Positions 12,536-24,209 of a DNA stretch of 64,000 nucleotides are shown in pieces. The position numbers and the translations under genes were made by a program. This DNA comes from Blepharisma stoltei ATCC 30299 (lineage: Eukaryota; Protista; Ciliophora): the NCBI GenBank assembly GCA_965603825.1, contig CBFDEM010000058.1:620001-684000 (forward strand), read 5' to 3'. How positions within the stretch are numbered: the first letter of the stretch is position 1; every line of letters starts with the position of its first letter. The notes beneath the pieces were generated by a model. That model was not told the DNA's origin, did no database searches, and worked only from the letters and a program-made list of their open reading frames with translations.

Positions 12536-13234
12536 ATGACACCCATCAGATCAATGACAAAATATTTAGCTACACACCTAAGATCATTTCACAAGCGCGG
12601 CCTTAAGCGCACAAGCTTTGAAAAGAGACTACTTGGACTTTTCTTTACAAACAAAAACAAGAAACTAAAGCCTCCTAAAAAAGAAAATTTAAGATGTAAA
12701 ATCATTCGCGGACACAAGAAGCTTATTAGGCAGTTTCAGAAGTCTACTACTCCGATTCGAAACTTAAACAAATGCGATCTCTCAATTAGCCAATCTGCGG
12801 AACTTTGGGATGTTATGCAGAATCATTATTTTATTAATAAAAATGAACTTGACGATATAAGTAGAACAGAAAATGGGCCGAAAACTGATGGAAAGACAAA
12901 AAGAGGCTTAGGCAGAAAAGGAATTCAGAACAGTTATAATTTATTATTCTGCAAAGAATATTTCAAGTCTTCAGTAGTAAAGCAATCTTTTTTTTATTAT
13001 GTCCAGTTTTTATTTTCATATTTGGAGCCTGAACTCTTGTGTGAAAAATTTGATTTGAGATGTTGCAGATACGAGCATGATCGAAAATGTGCAGAAAAAT
13101 GGTTGCTTTTAAAAAAATACTTTACAAATTATATGATTGAAGATTTAGAAACCACTCCATATGTTCCTTCTCAAGACGAAAATTATTTGCCAATCTTGGT
13201 GGATTTGCAGAATACTCCAGTTGAAGGTTTATAA
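12536..13234 (+). CDS. Uncharacterised basic protein, 232 aa, with LRCKIIRGHK and C-x5-CC-x3-H-x3-C motifs (putative Zn-binding; paralog of 19513-20229)
   Basis: ATG MTPIRSM aligns with MTRLNSM of the paralog. The two are colinear over the whole length. Confidence 0.8.
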   Translation: MTPIRSMTKYLATHLRSFHKRGLKRTSFEKRLLGLFFTNKNKKLKPPKKENLRCKIIRGHKKLIRQFQKSTTPIRNLNKCDLSISQSAELWDVMQNHYFINKNELDDISRTENGPKTDGKTKRGLGRKGIQNSYNLLFCKEYFKSSVVKQSFFYYVQFLFSYLEPELLCEKFDLRCCRYEHDRKCAEKWLLLKKYFTNYMIEDLETTPYVPSQDENYLPILVDLQNTPVEGL

Positions 13235-13479
13235 AATAATATACACTTAAAAACATGTTTTTTATAATTAGTTATTCAAATAATTTATTATCTTCACAGA
13301 ATAGTGGGATATTTCCAAAAATTTCTTAGACTCTGCTTAACATTATCTATCGCTAAGTGCATAAAGGCTTTGAAATACTTAACCCAAATTATGTAATTTT
13401 TCACTCTTAATATTCTCATAGAGCCTCTTAGCTTTAAAAAATTTCGTTAAATTCTTATAGCCAGCATTTAAGGCTAAAT

Positions 13480-14550
13480 ATTGAGATTGGATGCAACAGA
13501 GCCTGAAATGATCAGCACTAGTTTTTGCAAAACAAAACTACCAGTAAAAGAGAGCTTGCTCTATTCTTGATTTTTGCGGGCGATATTCAAAATGTTAAAT
13601 TCTACATCACTGAGTGGGACAGCTACCAGCTCAAAATGAAGAACAATTATTCAGCAAAAACTTTATATGGGGCACAGAAAAACAGGATGTGAGCTATTGG
13701 TGTGCCTTCAATATATCAAAAAAGCACACTACGACTACCACATATAATGGAGCTCCACATATGTCAAGTTTCTGCCAAGACCTGTTCGTTAAGAAAAATT
13801 GGAAGTGCTACACCCAAATGATACAGTTTTTGCGAATCCCTTGATGACTTTTGCCCATTTTTTTGAATTCTCATTTGTAGAAAAAGGGATCTCAGAGCGC
13901 GCTAAAGAGTACGCCAAAGCAAAGAATAAAACCTATTGGGCAGCAGTTGCCAAATTAAACTTAAAAGCTTTATTGAATGATTATGTGTATACTGATAGTA
14001 TGTTATCTGATAATGCAAAAGATCCAAATCCTCCCCTTATAACATTTATCGAAGAAACATTCCATGCTCACAAAAGACCTAAAACCCTGAACCTGTTGCA
14101 CCTGCGATGAAAATACAACAAAAAAGACCAGGACTTTGAATTACCTGAAGAATTCACCGCAATTAAGCCTTTTGTAGATTGGAAAACTCAAGAAGAAAGC
14201 AATAATTTACTTTTGCAGAGCAAAATCCTCGACACCCACACGCCCTTAGCAAGAGTTGATGTTGGCAAGCGGGGAAACTATGATATCGATGATAAAATCA
14301 AAAGAGATCTAAAAAAAACCTCAAAGGCATGGAAAATGGCAGAACCAGAAGCTTCCTAAAAGCGACTAAACACCTCCTCCCTGAATGAAACAATATATCA
14401 ACATGCTGAATGAAAGTGAAAAGTATTCAACATAGTGTCTTTAGAAATCGACCAAGGGATGATAAAAAAAATATTTCCTGGTTATTGGCGCAGATAGTGT
14501 CGTTAGCGCTGCCTGACTCCTATATGAAAAAAACGATATGTCTAATATAG
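13480..14550 (+). pseudogene. Degenerate coding-like sequence of unknown origin (longest segment ~13799-14359 with TGA=Trp)
   Basis: Protein-like frames broken by TAA and frameshifts. A/C-rich composition. No recognisable domain. Confidence 0.4.
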
Positions 14551-14570
14551 ACTTAATAAGTTATTAAAAA

Positions 14571-14627
14571 GTCACTGGGAAGCTGGGCACTAGTATATAT
14601 ATTCATATTTAATTACTACCCAGTGAC
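14571..14627. repeat. Inverted repeat / hairpin GTCACTGGG...CCCAGTGAC with inner TAGTA/TACTA pair
   Basis: Perfect 9-bp GC-rich arms at 14571-14579 and 14619-14627 in very AT-rich surroundings. Confidence 0.65.
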
Positions 14628-14644
14628 CGGTGACATTTTATTCA

Positions 14645-14955
14645 TAAAATCCACCCTTTTTAATCTTAATTAAAAATCAATTAAAAACCTTGCTTCTTCC
14701 CGTTATCGCACAGCAAAACTAAATATATAGTCAGATAAAGCATCCAAAATCATTCATTCGTGACCTCCCTTTTAACCCTTAAATCCTAATATTTAAAAAG
14801 TTATTACATATATAAAAAAATCCTCCCTTTTTAATTCCTAATTTAAAAATCAATTCCAACTAGCACATCTTCCCGTTACCCTACACCGAAACTAAATATA
14901 TATTCAGATAAAGCATTAAAAACCGTTCATATGTGACCTCCCTTTCATTAATCCA
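14645..14955. repeat. Imperfect tandem direct repeat, period ~171 bp
   Basis: aaaatcc.ccctttttaat...tcttcccgtta...aaactaaatatata..tcagataaagcat...gtgacctcccttt occurs twice (~14646 and ~14817). Confidence 0.8.
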
Positions 14956-15069
14956 ATCTCAAAAAACAAAAACTTATTCACATAAAAACATATGTTTTTA
15001 TTATAGTGTTATTATAAATGGATAATTAGGTTTAGATATTAAATTGTATATCCAGTTATAATTAATTTA

Positions 15070-17146
15070 TGGGAGAGAGTGTTATTTTCATTATAGTTTT
15101 AGTTTTTTATGAAATGCTAATCGATTTGATGAAAATTGAGGGCTTATTTTGATTGAGAGAGAGGAGGTTGTGTTATTAGAATATGAAAATGAAGAAGTTT
15201 ATGCTGATTAGTTTAATTTCAAATACAGGTTTAGCTAAAGACAATTGGTATCTTTATAAAAATAATGAAGATTCTTTGATTACGAGTGCTGAAGTGATTA
15301 TGTATTTGAATTCTAATAAAGTAAAGAATTTAGACTATCGGCTTAAGGTATGTGTATGTTTAGGTTTGATTTCTGGAAGATTTAATATTTTATCTGGAAC
15401 TCCGTATCATGAATGATACTCGCTAGAAAAGCAAGTGCTTGAAAATATTCACAGTGCAAATCGTTGGATAATCCAAGAAGATGAGTTTACGAATCAGTTA
15501 ATAGAGAATTTTATGGGCTTATTTTTTTCTCTGGATTTTAAATATCTTGGGATTCATGAGGTGTATTCATTACTGAATACGATTAATTTCAAATTGAAAG
15601 CGAAAGAAAGATGTCGGTATATATTCCAAATATTGAAAGGAAGTTGTTGATCGGTTCTGTATTTTAAGATTTTTGACTCTCAGTTAAATTGGGATTGAGT
15701 ATATGCATTAATTGAGTGGATAACCTTCTTATATTCTCGTATTTTAAAGACCGATGTATTACAGTATGTAGATTTCAATGTAAGGCTATCGACTCAGCTC
15801 CTGTTGTTATTAGTTTATTTCTGACAGATATGAATTTAAAATCAGTTATCACATCCCATTGTATCTAATAAATCAGATTTGTGAAGTTTCAGCAATAAGG
15901 CATTATTTGGATTCTATATATTGCAGTAGCCAAGGTCTTTTGCCTTCTAGGCTGTGTATTTGCCAATCTAGTTATGAATTTCGAGGTCGTTTTTTGCAGT
16001 TACAGTGCTTTATGAATCGTGACACAAATGCAACGATCGTTGCCTAGCATATGCAAAATGGCTTGAGAGAAAAACAGAGGGTTATATAAAAGGTTCACAA
16101 GATATTTTCCCTATGTTTTATCAAGCATGAATATCTCTTCTAGACTCGTGCTGTGAGAGTGTGTGAACACCATATAAGACTCCTATGTCTTTATTACCTC
16201 CAGAAACTGAAAATAATCTATAATACTGCATCAAGAGATGACTTGGTTGAGGGATTTGCTGTTATTAGGCCGACATATACATCACGAGACTTTACAGATC
16301 CCAAGGTCGCATATGATTACTTATTATCTCAGAATTTTACTTTGTTATTATCAGTGTATCCTTATAGAATTAAAGTAAATAAGGCATTTGTGCCATGTGG
16401 AGGGTGTATCTTTAAAAGAAAAAATTCATTTTGCAAATCGTAATCGTTATCCTGATAAATTATGTTTGCAGTGCGATAACCGACCATATTTGCATTATAT
16501 AGGTTTGTATTTCATCATTGGAAAAGTTGTGTTACAACGCTTGCATCTTATGTAGATATATTATTTAATTGTGACAGATTCCCTAAGAGAAATGAAAAAA
16601 TTAAATATAAAGGCAGTGTTGATTTATGGAATAATTTTATTCATATTGTAGGTTTATTTTGGTCATTGCATCTTGAAGAATACATTGAAGCTGGATACGA
16701 CATTATTTCCCGTGTAGTATTTTTTGTAAATTATAGTATAGGTATTGATTCAAATTCATATCTTATTGAGGTCCCAGTCATTCAAACTGCTATTTTGCAC
16801 AGTAGTACAATGCAATTAACTTTGTATTCACTGTATAACAGGCAAGTGCATGGACCCATCGACTTACTAAAGAGATCTAAACAGAAAAAGATGTGCAGTA
16901 CTTTAAATCTTATTGACATTCTCTTAAAAGAAAACCTATATCTATGTGACTATTATTATTGATTATCTCAATATTAAATGCAACATTTTTACATTTAGAA
17001 TCTTTATTCGTATGTTTAGAGAGCATCAAGAAGAGGAATTTGAAAGATCGACATATTTAAGTGTAACTTCGCGCCAATTAAGAGGTTTATATGATAAAAT
17101 TAACCAGAAATATTCGTGGAGAGAGCGAAAGGCTATTAATAAATAA
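15070..17146 (+). pseudogene. ~2-kb degenerate, frameshifted coding-like sequence of unknown origin
   Basis: Successive plus-strand frames, e.g. 15183-~15838 open ~218 codons with TGA=Trp, then 15859, 16153, 16666, 16946. They hop frames and are T/G-rich, unlike neighbouring host genes. Confidence 0.4.
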
Positions 17147-17599
17147 TGTTATAGAGAAAAGGCTTTTCTGATCAGTTTATTTTTTGAGTGTAATGGCTTT
17201 CAAATAGACTCAATCTGAAAGATATTCTTTAAGGCTTGCAAGTATATCTTTGCATCAAAAGCATCAGCATTGGAAAGAGTTATTGTTTATATCATGCTTT
17301 TTTGAGCTTATATTTGGTATTTTTTAAAAAACTTATAAAAAGCTATCTTTAAAAGTAAATATTTGCAAAAAATACCATTAAAAAATTAGTGGATAGCATT
17401 AATTGAAAATAAGACTTATGGAATTTTATACATATTGATTGATTACTGTTGCTAGCAAATGGGATTAGAAACTATATATTACTGCAAGGAATTAAAATTA
17501 TTGAATTAAGAAATGATATTTAACTATAAAATAAACTTTCATGTGCAAAAATTTACATTGAATGTGAAATTTAAAGCTATTAAATAGCATTATAATAAA

Positions 17600-17810
17600 T
17601 AATAAAGCACCAGCCAAATCAATCATCAAAGTTTAGTGCAAAATAAAAACAATCAGCAATGCAGCATCAAGCAAGCGAGTTTTGAAAAGAGACAACTAGA
17701 AATTTCAGCAAAAAAAGCCCAATCTCTACAAAAGAGTATCGAATGAAAATTATTTGGTGAGCACAATGGTCTTTTTAAGCAGCTTCAGAAATTTAATCCG
17801 CAATACTGAA
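17600..17810 (+). pseudogene. Possible decayed 5' remnant of the 12536/19513 gene family
   Basis: IKQASFEKRQL vs LKRTSFEKRLL, and KLFGEHNGLFKQLQK vs KIIRGHKKLIRQFQK, in the same order, with a stop/frameshift upstream. Confidence 0.35.
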
Positions 17811-17867
17811 ATTCATCAATTTTATATCAATATTAACTGTAAAAAGCAAATTTAATTATAATAGGAA

Positions 17868-19229
17868 ATGGAAAGCACTATTGCTGAAGATTTTCTTAAT
17901 GATTTAGATGAGCTTAGTGAAGAGGATTCAAACTTAAAGCAGCAAAAACTTGATGAAGACACTAATGAAGAAATTCCAATCCTTGAAGATTCAATAATTC
18001 TTAAGCAAAACGATCTTTCAAATCATCTTTCTCAAATCTCCAGTCAAAATCCTCAGATTTTTGACTATAAATTAGTAATGAAAAGCAATGATTTCATTCT
18101 TCAAATAGATCAAGAAATTTTGCAATTGCACAAATATTTAAGAGATCTTTATTTCCCACATTTTTCTGAACTTGAAGAATTGATACAAAATCCTATTGAT
18201 TTTTCCAGAACTCTTATAAAATTTATCGAAGAAAATAGCACATCTGCTGAAATCTCTTCAATAGTCCCTAATCATATAATAATAGCAATCGCAATGGCAG
18301 TTGCCCATGATCCTCCCAAACCAATTCCTATTGAAAAACAAAAAATTATTTTAAAAGTATCATCACAGATCCTACAACTAAACGAAGCTAGAAATACAAT
18401 TCAAGATTACATTGAAGAAAGAATGACAAAAATAGCCCCAAGTCTTACATTTCTATTAGGAAGCTCAGTTGCAGGAAAACTAATAGCAGCTGTAGGAGGA
18501 CTAGAAAAGCTTGCTGTAATGCCAGCATGCAATATACAAGTATTAGGGATAGAAAATAAAAATGCTTTAGGACTCTCTGCATTAGGCTCAGGAAAACACA
18601 AAGGATTTTTAGCCCAGACAGAAACAGCAATATCTGCTGGAAGGCTTCAGAAAAAAGCAATAAGAATGCTTGCAGCTAAAACAGCATTGGCGGCCAGATA
18701 TGATTTATTCAATAAAAATAATGACGGAAGTCACGGAAAAAGTTTATTAGAAAATATCAATGATAGGCTGGAAAAAGCTATTGAGCCTCCTCCAAGCCAT
18801 AAAAGGCAGCCATTGCCAGTACCAAAAGATATTAAAAAGCCACATCGAGGAGGAAAAAGAATAAGGGCAGCTAAGAGAAAATACGAATTGACTGAAATGA
18901 GGAAACTAGCTAGCAGAGTGCAGTTTGGAACTGAGGAACAAGAAGAATTCAGGGAAACAGGCCATACTTTTGGCTCATTGGGTAAATCTGGGAAGCTATT
19001 GATAAAGCCTGCATCTCATCAGAAATATAAATTATCTTCAAAACGTCAGGAGCAGCTCAATCAGCAGGCATCAGGGCTTACAAGCTGTTACGCATTTAGC
19101 TCTCAAGCTGAGCTTAAATTAGATAACCCATCAGCCTCCCTTATATCTCCAGTTCCGAACAAATTATTTGACTCAAAGTCAGGGTTTTCTACAGTAATCG
19201 CTGAGAAATCAGAAAAAGATAAAAATTAG
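17868..19229 (+). CDS. PRP31: U4/U6 snRNP protein Prp31, 453 aa
   Basis: N-terminal EDFLNDLDEL, NOSIC-like LHKYLRDLYFPHFSELE, Nop domain GGLEKLAVMPACNIQVLG...LAARYD, and C-terminal RGGKRIR...TEMRKLASRVQFG. Confidence 0.93.
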   Translation: MESTIAEDFLNDLDELSEEDSNLKQQKLDEDTNEEIPILEDSIILKQNDLSNHLSQISSQNPQIFDYKLVMKSNDFILQIDQEILQLHKYLRDLYFPHFSELEELIQNPIDFSRTLIKFIEENSTSAEISSIVPNHIIIAIAMAVAHDPPKPIPIEKQKIILKVSSQILQLNEARNTIQDYIEERMTKIAPSLTFLLGSSVAGKLIAAVGGLEKLAVMPACNIQVLGIENKNALGLSALGSGKHKGFLAQTETAISAGRLQKKAIRMLAAKTALAARYDLFNKNNDGSHGKSLLENINDRLEKAIEPPPSHKRQPLPVPKDIKKPHRGGKRIRAAKRKYELTEMRKLASRVQFGTEEQEEFRETGHTFGSLGKSGKLLIKPASHQKYKLSSKRQEQLNQQASGLTSCYAFSSQAELKLDNPSASLISPVPNKLFDSKSGFSTVIAEKSEKDKN

Positions 19230-19512
19230 TTTGTTTAATAAATTCTAGAAGCCAAGCACTATTGTAAACCTTTAATGGTAATCATTTATTCATATTTTCT
19301 GTCTTCATTTTAATTAGAATTTCTATTAAATTCCAAATAAAATGTCAAAAATTTTAAGTCTAGAAGAACTACATTTTAAAAAAATGTAGTAATAGAAGGG
19401 AGGTCAGTCACTCCAAAAACAACCAAAGCTTTTCTTTATTAGCAATATGCAAAAACTTAAGAATCCTACATTAAAAATATTTTCTTTCAAACCAAATTTT
19501 ATTTAGTATAAG

Positions 19513-20229
19513 TTAGCATGGATTATTTTCTGATTCTCCGATATCTTTGCTATAGAGAGTCATAAGTGCAGGCAGATAGAAGCTCTCTACTTTTTGCGGC
19601 ATGTAGGGCTCTAGCCCTAGATCTTCAATCATGTAGACGTGCAGGTATTTCTTCATATAGAGCCACTTTTCATAGCATCTGTCATCATGCTTTACCTTGC
19701 AGCACCGGAAATCAAACTTCGTACATAGGTCTTCAGGATCTATCTGCGAAAAAAGAAACTCTACGTAGTAGAAGAATGATTCTCTTACCACTTCGGATGC
19801 AAAATAATGCATGCAATAATCAGTATTGAAGCTGCTTTTCGTTGACAGAATGTTTTGGTTTCTTTTATTTTTGGCACGATGCTTTGGCTTTTTGTCTGTC
19901 ACGCTTAATGCGTCGAATTCTGATTCTCGTTTGTGATAGCAGTCTGTCATAACCTGTCAAATCTCTAAAGCCATCTTGTTTGAAGGCTCTAATTTATTGA
20001 TTGTTTTGCTTGGCAAGGTATTCTTCTTGATTTGACGATTTGCTCTTTTGTGTCCACGAATAACCCTACATCGTAAGTATTCCTTCTTTGGTAGCCTAAT
20101 AGTAAAATTTTTTACTGTGAAAAATAGGCTTCGTATCTTGGATTCCAATGTATTTTTCCGGACTCCGCGCTTGTGAAAAGGCTTCAAATGACCTATAAGG
20201 AAAGAGGTCATGGAATTCAGGCGTGTCAT
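19513..20229 (-). CDS. Uncharacterised basic protein, 238 aa, paralog of 12536-13234
   Basis: ORFs 19957-20229 and 19513-19950 are in frame through TGA 19957, which aligns with the TGG Trp of the paralog (EIWQVM vs ELWDVM). Confidence 0.85.
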
Positions 20230-21141
20230 TATGTTATAAGTATTATATTAAGACATGATAGTGCTTTGAGGACAGCATAAATAAATGCTTAAGAAAATAA
20301 TTAAAGCAATATTTTAAATAATTTCTGATTAATATTTTTGGAGACATAGTAGATTCTAACAGTCCTAAACCCATACCAAAAAATTTTTTGACGTTTCATA
20401 ATTTCTCAAAACTTTGCTATAAATGGATTTTATTATAGCTAAACTGGCATAGGGCATTTCCTATAGATCTTAGCAAACTAATCAGGCCGTCACTTTACTG
20501 TATCCCCTATTTATAGCACCATTTTAATAATGGTTCAAATAAATCGAGACCTAAACTTTACTGGCAAACGTTAATAAATTCGCCCTTATGAATAATAATT
20601 ACTCTTTTCTAGGCCTAAAATGATGCTTTTTTGCATGCTATTTGCATCCAAGTATGCTTCAAAATAATTTGTTTGGACTTAATAATAAATATATAGAAAA
20701 ATAATAGTACTTGCTTACTCAATTCATTCATAATAAATATAAAACGACTGCTACTTATAAGATTGCAAGTAATTATTGCATAAAAAAAATGATAACAATC
20801 TAAATTTTAAATGAATGAAATAAATAAACTTCTAGAATTTTTTTTTCCATTTAAGCTCTTATGTTTTATTTTTTAAAATTCTACTTTTCTCATTTATGAA
20901 GAGCATGATGATAGTTTAAATATAATGGAAAAACCTAGTCTTTTGCTTATGAAAATTTCTCATTTAATTTAATTTTAATTTAGCGAATCTATAAAGACCA
21001 GTAAAAAGTAATATAAGCAAGTCTTCGCTATAAATGCATATTTAAAATTATTTTATCATTTTACATTAAATATCTTAAAGGGCATCACTCACTTTATCAA
21101 TTGAACCTTTATTGATGGGCTCCTTTTATTTAGAATAAAAG

Positions 21142-21978
21142 ATGCTATTTCATCGAAAATTTACAGTGAGAATTCTATTCGGAATTCCTGTAGCTTTGGT
21201 GTTCCTTATCATCTCAGGACTCTATTATTGCTATATTGCAGGGTATATAGAGCAAGTTGACACAACAGGATTCAGAGTTTTTGTGTATCTCTTATTTCAT
21301 CTTGATTTATTTTTGACATCCTGAAGCTACTGCATGTGCTTTTTGACAGATCCTGGCTCAGTGCCTGAGTTTTTTAATTTAGATACTCTTAACAATCAAG
21401 AATTGATTGAAGAGTGCGTAGAATCTGACATTGTTTTCGCGAAAAGCTCATTTTGTAACAAATGCCAAAAAATTAGGCCAGCTAGGGCTCATCATTGCTC
21501 AGTATGCGACAAATGCATTTTAAGAATGGACCATCATTGTCCTTGAATAGGAAATTGTGTCGGATTTTACAATCATCGGTATTTTGTCCAATTTTTACTA
21601 TATGCAGGTATAGGGCTATTTATTGTCTCAATGAGCTGTGCAAGCTTATTATGGGAACACTATGGGGATGGACATATCTCCACATTATTTGGAGGCATTG
21701 TAGGGTTTTCTTTAGCCTTATCAGTATTCGGGATGGGAATTTTCCATTTGTGAATGATAGTGAATAACAGATGTTCAATAGAAATTAGATACTTAGGGCA
21801 TTATAATGTATTCGACACAGGAAGCAGAATGCAAAATTTTCAGCAGATTTTTGGGCAAGTTTGATATAAATATTTTTTGCCAATTCCAATTAAGCCAAAG
21901 TGTGGAGGAATTAACTATCCAGTGAGAATAAGGACAAAGCAAGGCTCTGTTATTCTATTTGAAGAATTTTCTGGATAA
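21142..21978 (+). CDS. DHHC-type palmitoyltransferase (ZDHHC family), 278 aa
   Basis: TDPG, C..C...[24 protein letters not shown](TGA)[17 protein letters not shown], NVFDTG...NFQQIFG. Stop TAA 21976-21978. Confidence 0.95.
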
Positions 21979-22099
21979 CATTATAGTAAAATGAAATTTT
22001 TAAGTATGTTTTAAGATAATAGAAATGAGATCTCAAATTATTAAAATTATTAATCATTATTCAAAATAAAATACATTCTCATTATTTATCAAAAATATT

Positions 22100-23773
22100 A
22101 TGAACAAATCCAATGAATACAAAAAGTCTCAAACCTTAAAACCAATTGAATATCGACGGGCTTCTCAGCCGTTAAGTCCACTTAGAGCTAAACAGTATCA
22201 GATCGTAAACCCTTTTCAAAGAAATTTATCTGCTGTTACTAAACTTAAAAGAAGACCATATAACTCAATAGCACAGGATAAGGAGCAATTAAAAGCATTT
22301 AAAAACCTGAGTTCTGACGAAATTTCAAAATCGTTTAGCAATTCTGATGAAAAACATAGAATGACGCCTTTGAATTTCACTAAAACTAAATGTATTTCAG
22401 CATCAGAACAAAATTTAAGCTATACAAAAACAAATACAAATGCTTCAAAGAATATCTTAAAATCAGATTCATGAATAAAAATCGAAGATATGGCTAAATC
22501 TCGCAGAAATTCATTTAACCCTCCGCTAACTTTTAAAAAAATAATCCCTGAGTGGCTTTTATCAAGGAGTGATTTTTATGCCACTTATATGAAAATGAAA
22601 CAACAAGTTGGTCTGGACCTTGGAGAAGTTTGTTCATCAGCGCCTTCTGAGAGAACAGAAGACGAAAAAGAAGCTTTGATTAAATGGGTGTCAAATACAA
22701 GATTTTTTTCAGCAATTCCGAAGGTGATAGTTCAAGAGACATGTGATAAATTCTCAGTCCTTGAATTTTCGCCAGGCGCCCAAAGTAAGTTTTATTTAGT
22801 TATAAAAAAAGATGACATTGCTGATTGCATGTATTTAATTTACTTCGGAATGGTAGGAATATATGTTGATGGGATCAGAATTGGACAGCGGTCTCAAGGA
22901 GAATCTCTTGGAGAAACTGCTCTTGATAATATAAAGTTAAGGTCAGCTGACGCATTTTCAGAAACAAATGTCGTGCTTTTTAAGCTGAAGAAAATCGATT
23001 ATGAGCATATCATATTAAATTTAAAAAAGCTTGAAAAACATGAATATACAAAATTTATTATGACAATTCCATTTTTCCAACGATGAAGCTTCATTAAGGT
23101 ACAAAACCTCAGCAATTTGTTGATACAGTCTGTATATAATCCTGGAGATGGTAACTGCTATTTAGTCATATACGAAAAAGGAGACCAATCCGCTACATTT
23201 TACATTATAAAAGAAGGCAGCATTCAACTTCAAACATACACACACTTGGAATGGCAAAATAAATGGCCAGTTGGGTCTCGGCAGTGAAAGCTGAGAAAAA
23301 TCACAAATAAATTCATTTATCCTCTGAAGACTCTTTTAAAAGGCGAATTTTTCGGGGAGTCTGAAATTATCAGCAATTGTACCAGGGAAACTCGGGCTGT
23401 GGCTCTTGAACATTCAATTTGCCTTGTTCTTAATAAAGACGAGTTTCTTGAGCTTTTTCCTCCTAGAGAGCTAGAAATTCTTAAACAGCGGTCGGTTTTG
23501 AGAATGCCAAGCAAACAAGAAATGGAAATGAAAATCAAGCAAGAAATGTACTCAAATGAAGAAAAAGAACACATTTTGTTAGAAGCCATGAGACTAGGCC
23601 ATGGGTTCGAAAAAGGAAGAGAATTTCTGTTAGATGCTGTATAATTTATATAGAGATCCAAAAAGCTTAGAGGATGATACAGCTCTTTAAAGCAGAGAAC
23701 TCGTCAGCAGAGAGCCAAAATCCAAAGTAAAATAATCGACCAAAAAGAAGAAAACTTAAACATGTCAATGTAA
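22100..23773 (+). CDS. Protein with two cyclic-nucleotide-binding (CNB) domains
   Basis: Joined through TGA-Trp and 15-nt introns 22785-22799, 23151-23165 and 23639-23653. CNB motifs GESLGETAL..RSADA and KGDQS.TFYIIKEG...GEFFGESE..TRETRAVA. Confidence 0.85.
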
Positions 23774-23800
23774 AAATAATTAATTGTAATTTTTTAGGAT

Positions 23801-24133
23801 ATGGAACAACAATATGTGCTGCCTCCAAAAGACTTATTTTTTAAGCTAATTGCCAAAGATATCAATCTAATCGTAAAGAATTACGCAATTCCTCGACAAG
23901 ACACATGGGAAAATGTCTATAGCAAAGCTACTGAAATCACAAATTTTCCACAGCCTAGAGAAACGTCGTTTAATCCAAATTTAGAAGAGCCTAAATTGCC
24001 ACCAGTAGGAAATAGAAGTTTACTAAAAAAGAAAAAAATCCCTAGCAATACTTCTTTTAGGTCAAGTTCTGTGTCGAGGACATCTAGAAGATCATTATCC
24101 ACAAATAGAAAAATATATGATGCCTATTTTTAA
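23801..24133 (+). CDS. Small hypothetical basic protein, 110 aa
   Basis: ATG-to-TAA ORF filling the gap between two genes. No recognised domain. Confidence 0.55.
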   Translation: MEQQYVLPPKDLFFKLIAKDINLIVKNYAIPRQDTWENVYSKATEITNFPQPRETSFNPNLEEPKLPPVGNRSLLKKKKIPSNTSFRSSSVSRTSRRSLSTNRKIYDAYF

Positions 24134-24209
24134 CTTGTGTTTTATTAGAAAAATATTTGAGTAATAATCTAACTAATGCATACACACTATTTTTGATATT
24201 AAAAAATCA

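Noticed and set aside
14571-14627. CRESS-DNA virus origin stem-loop
   Set aside because: There is no exact NANTATTAC nonanucleotide in the loop and no recognisable Rep motifs nearby.
14760-14795. Telomeric repeat remnant (cccttttaacccttaaatcctaa)
   Set aside because: Too irregular; there is no tandem telomere unit.
21544-21546. TGA as selenocysteine or cysteine
   Set aside because: It aligns with conserved Trp, not Cys, in DHHC, MORN, TBC and paralog comparisons.
23770-23800. An intron joining the CNB gene to ORF 23801-24133
   Set aside because: The 12-nt GT..AG span lies after the TAA, and the 28-nt span does not join the two frames. Neither is 15 nt.
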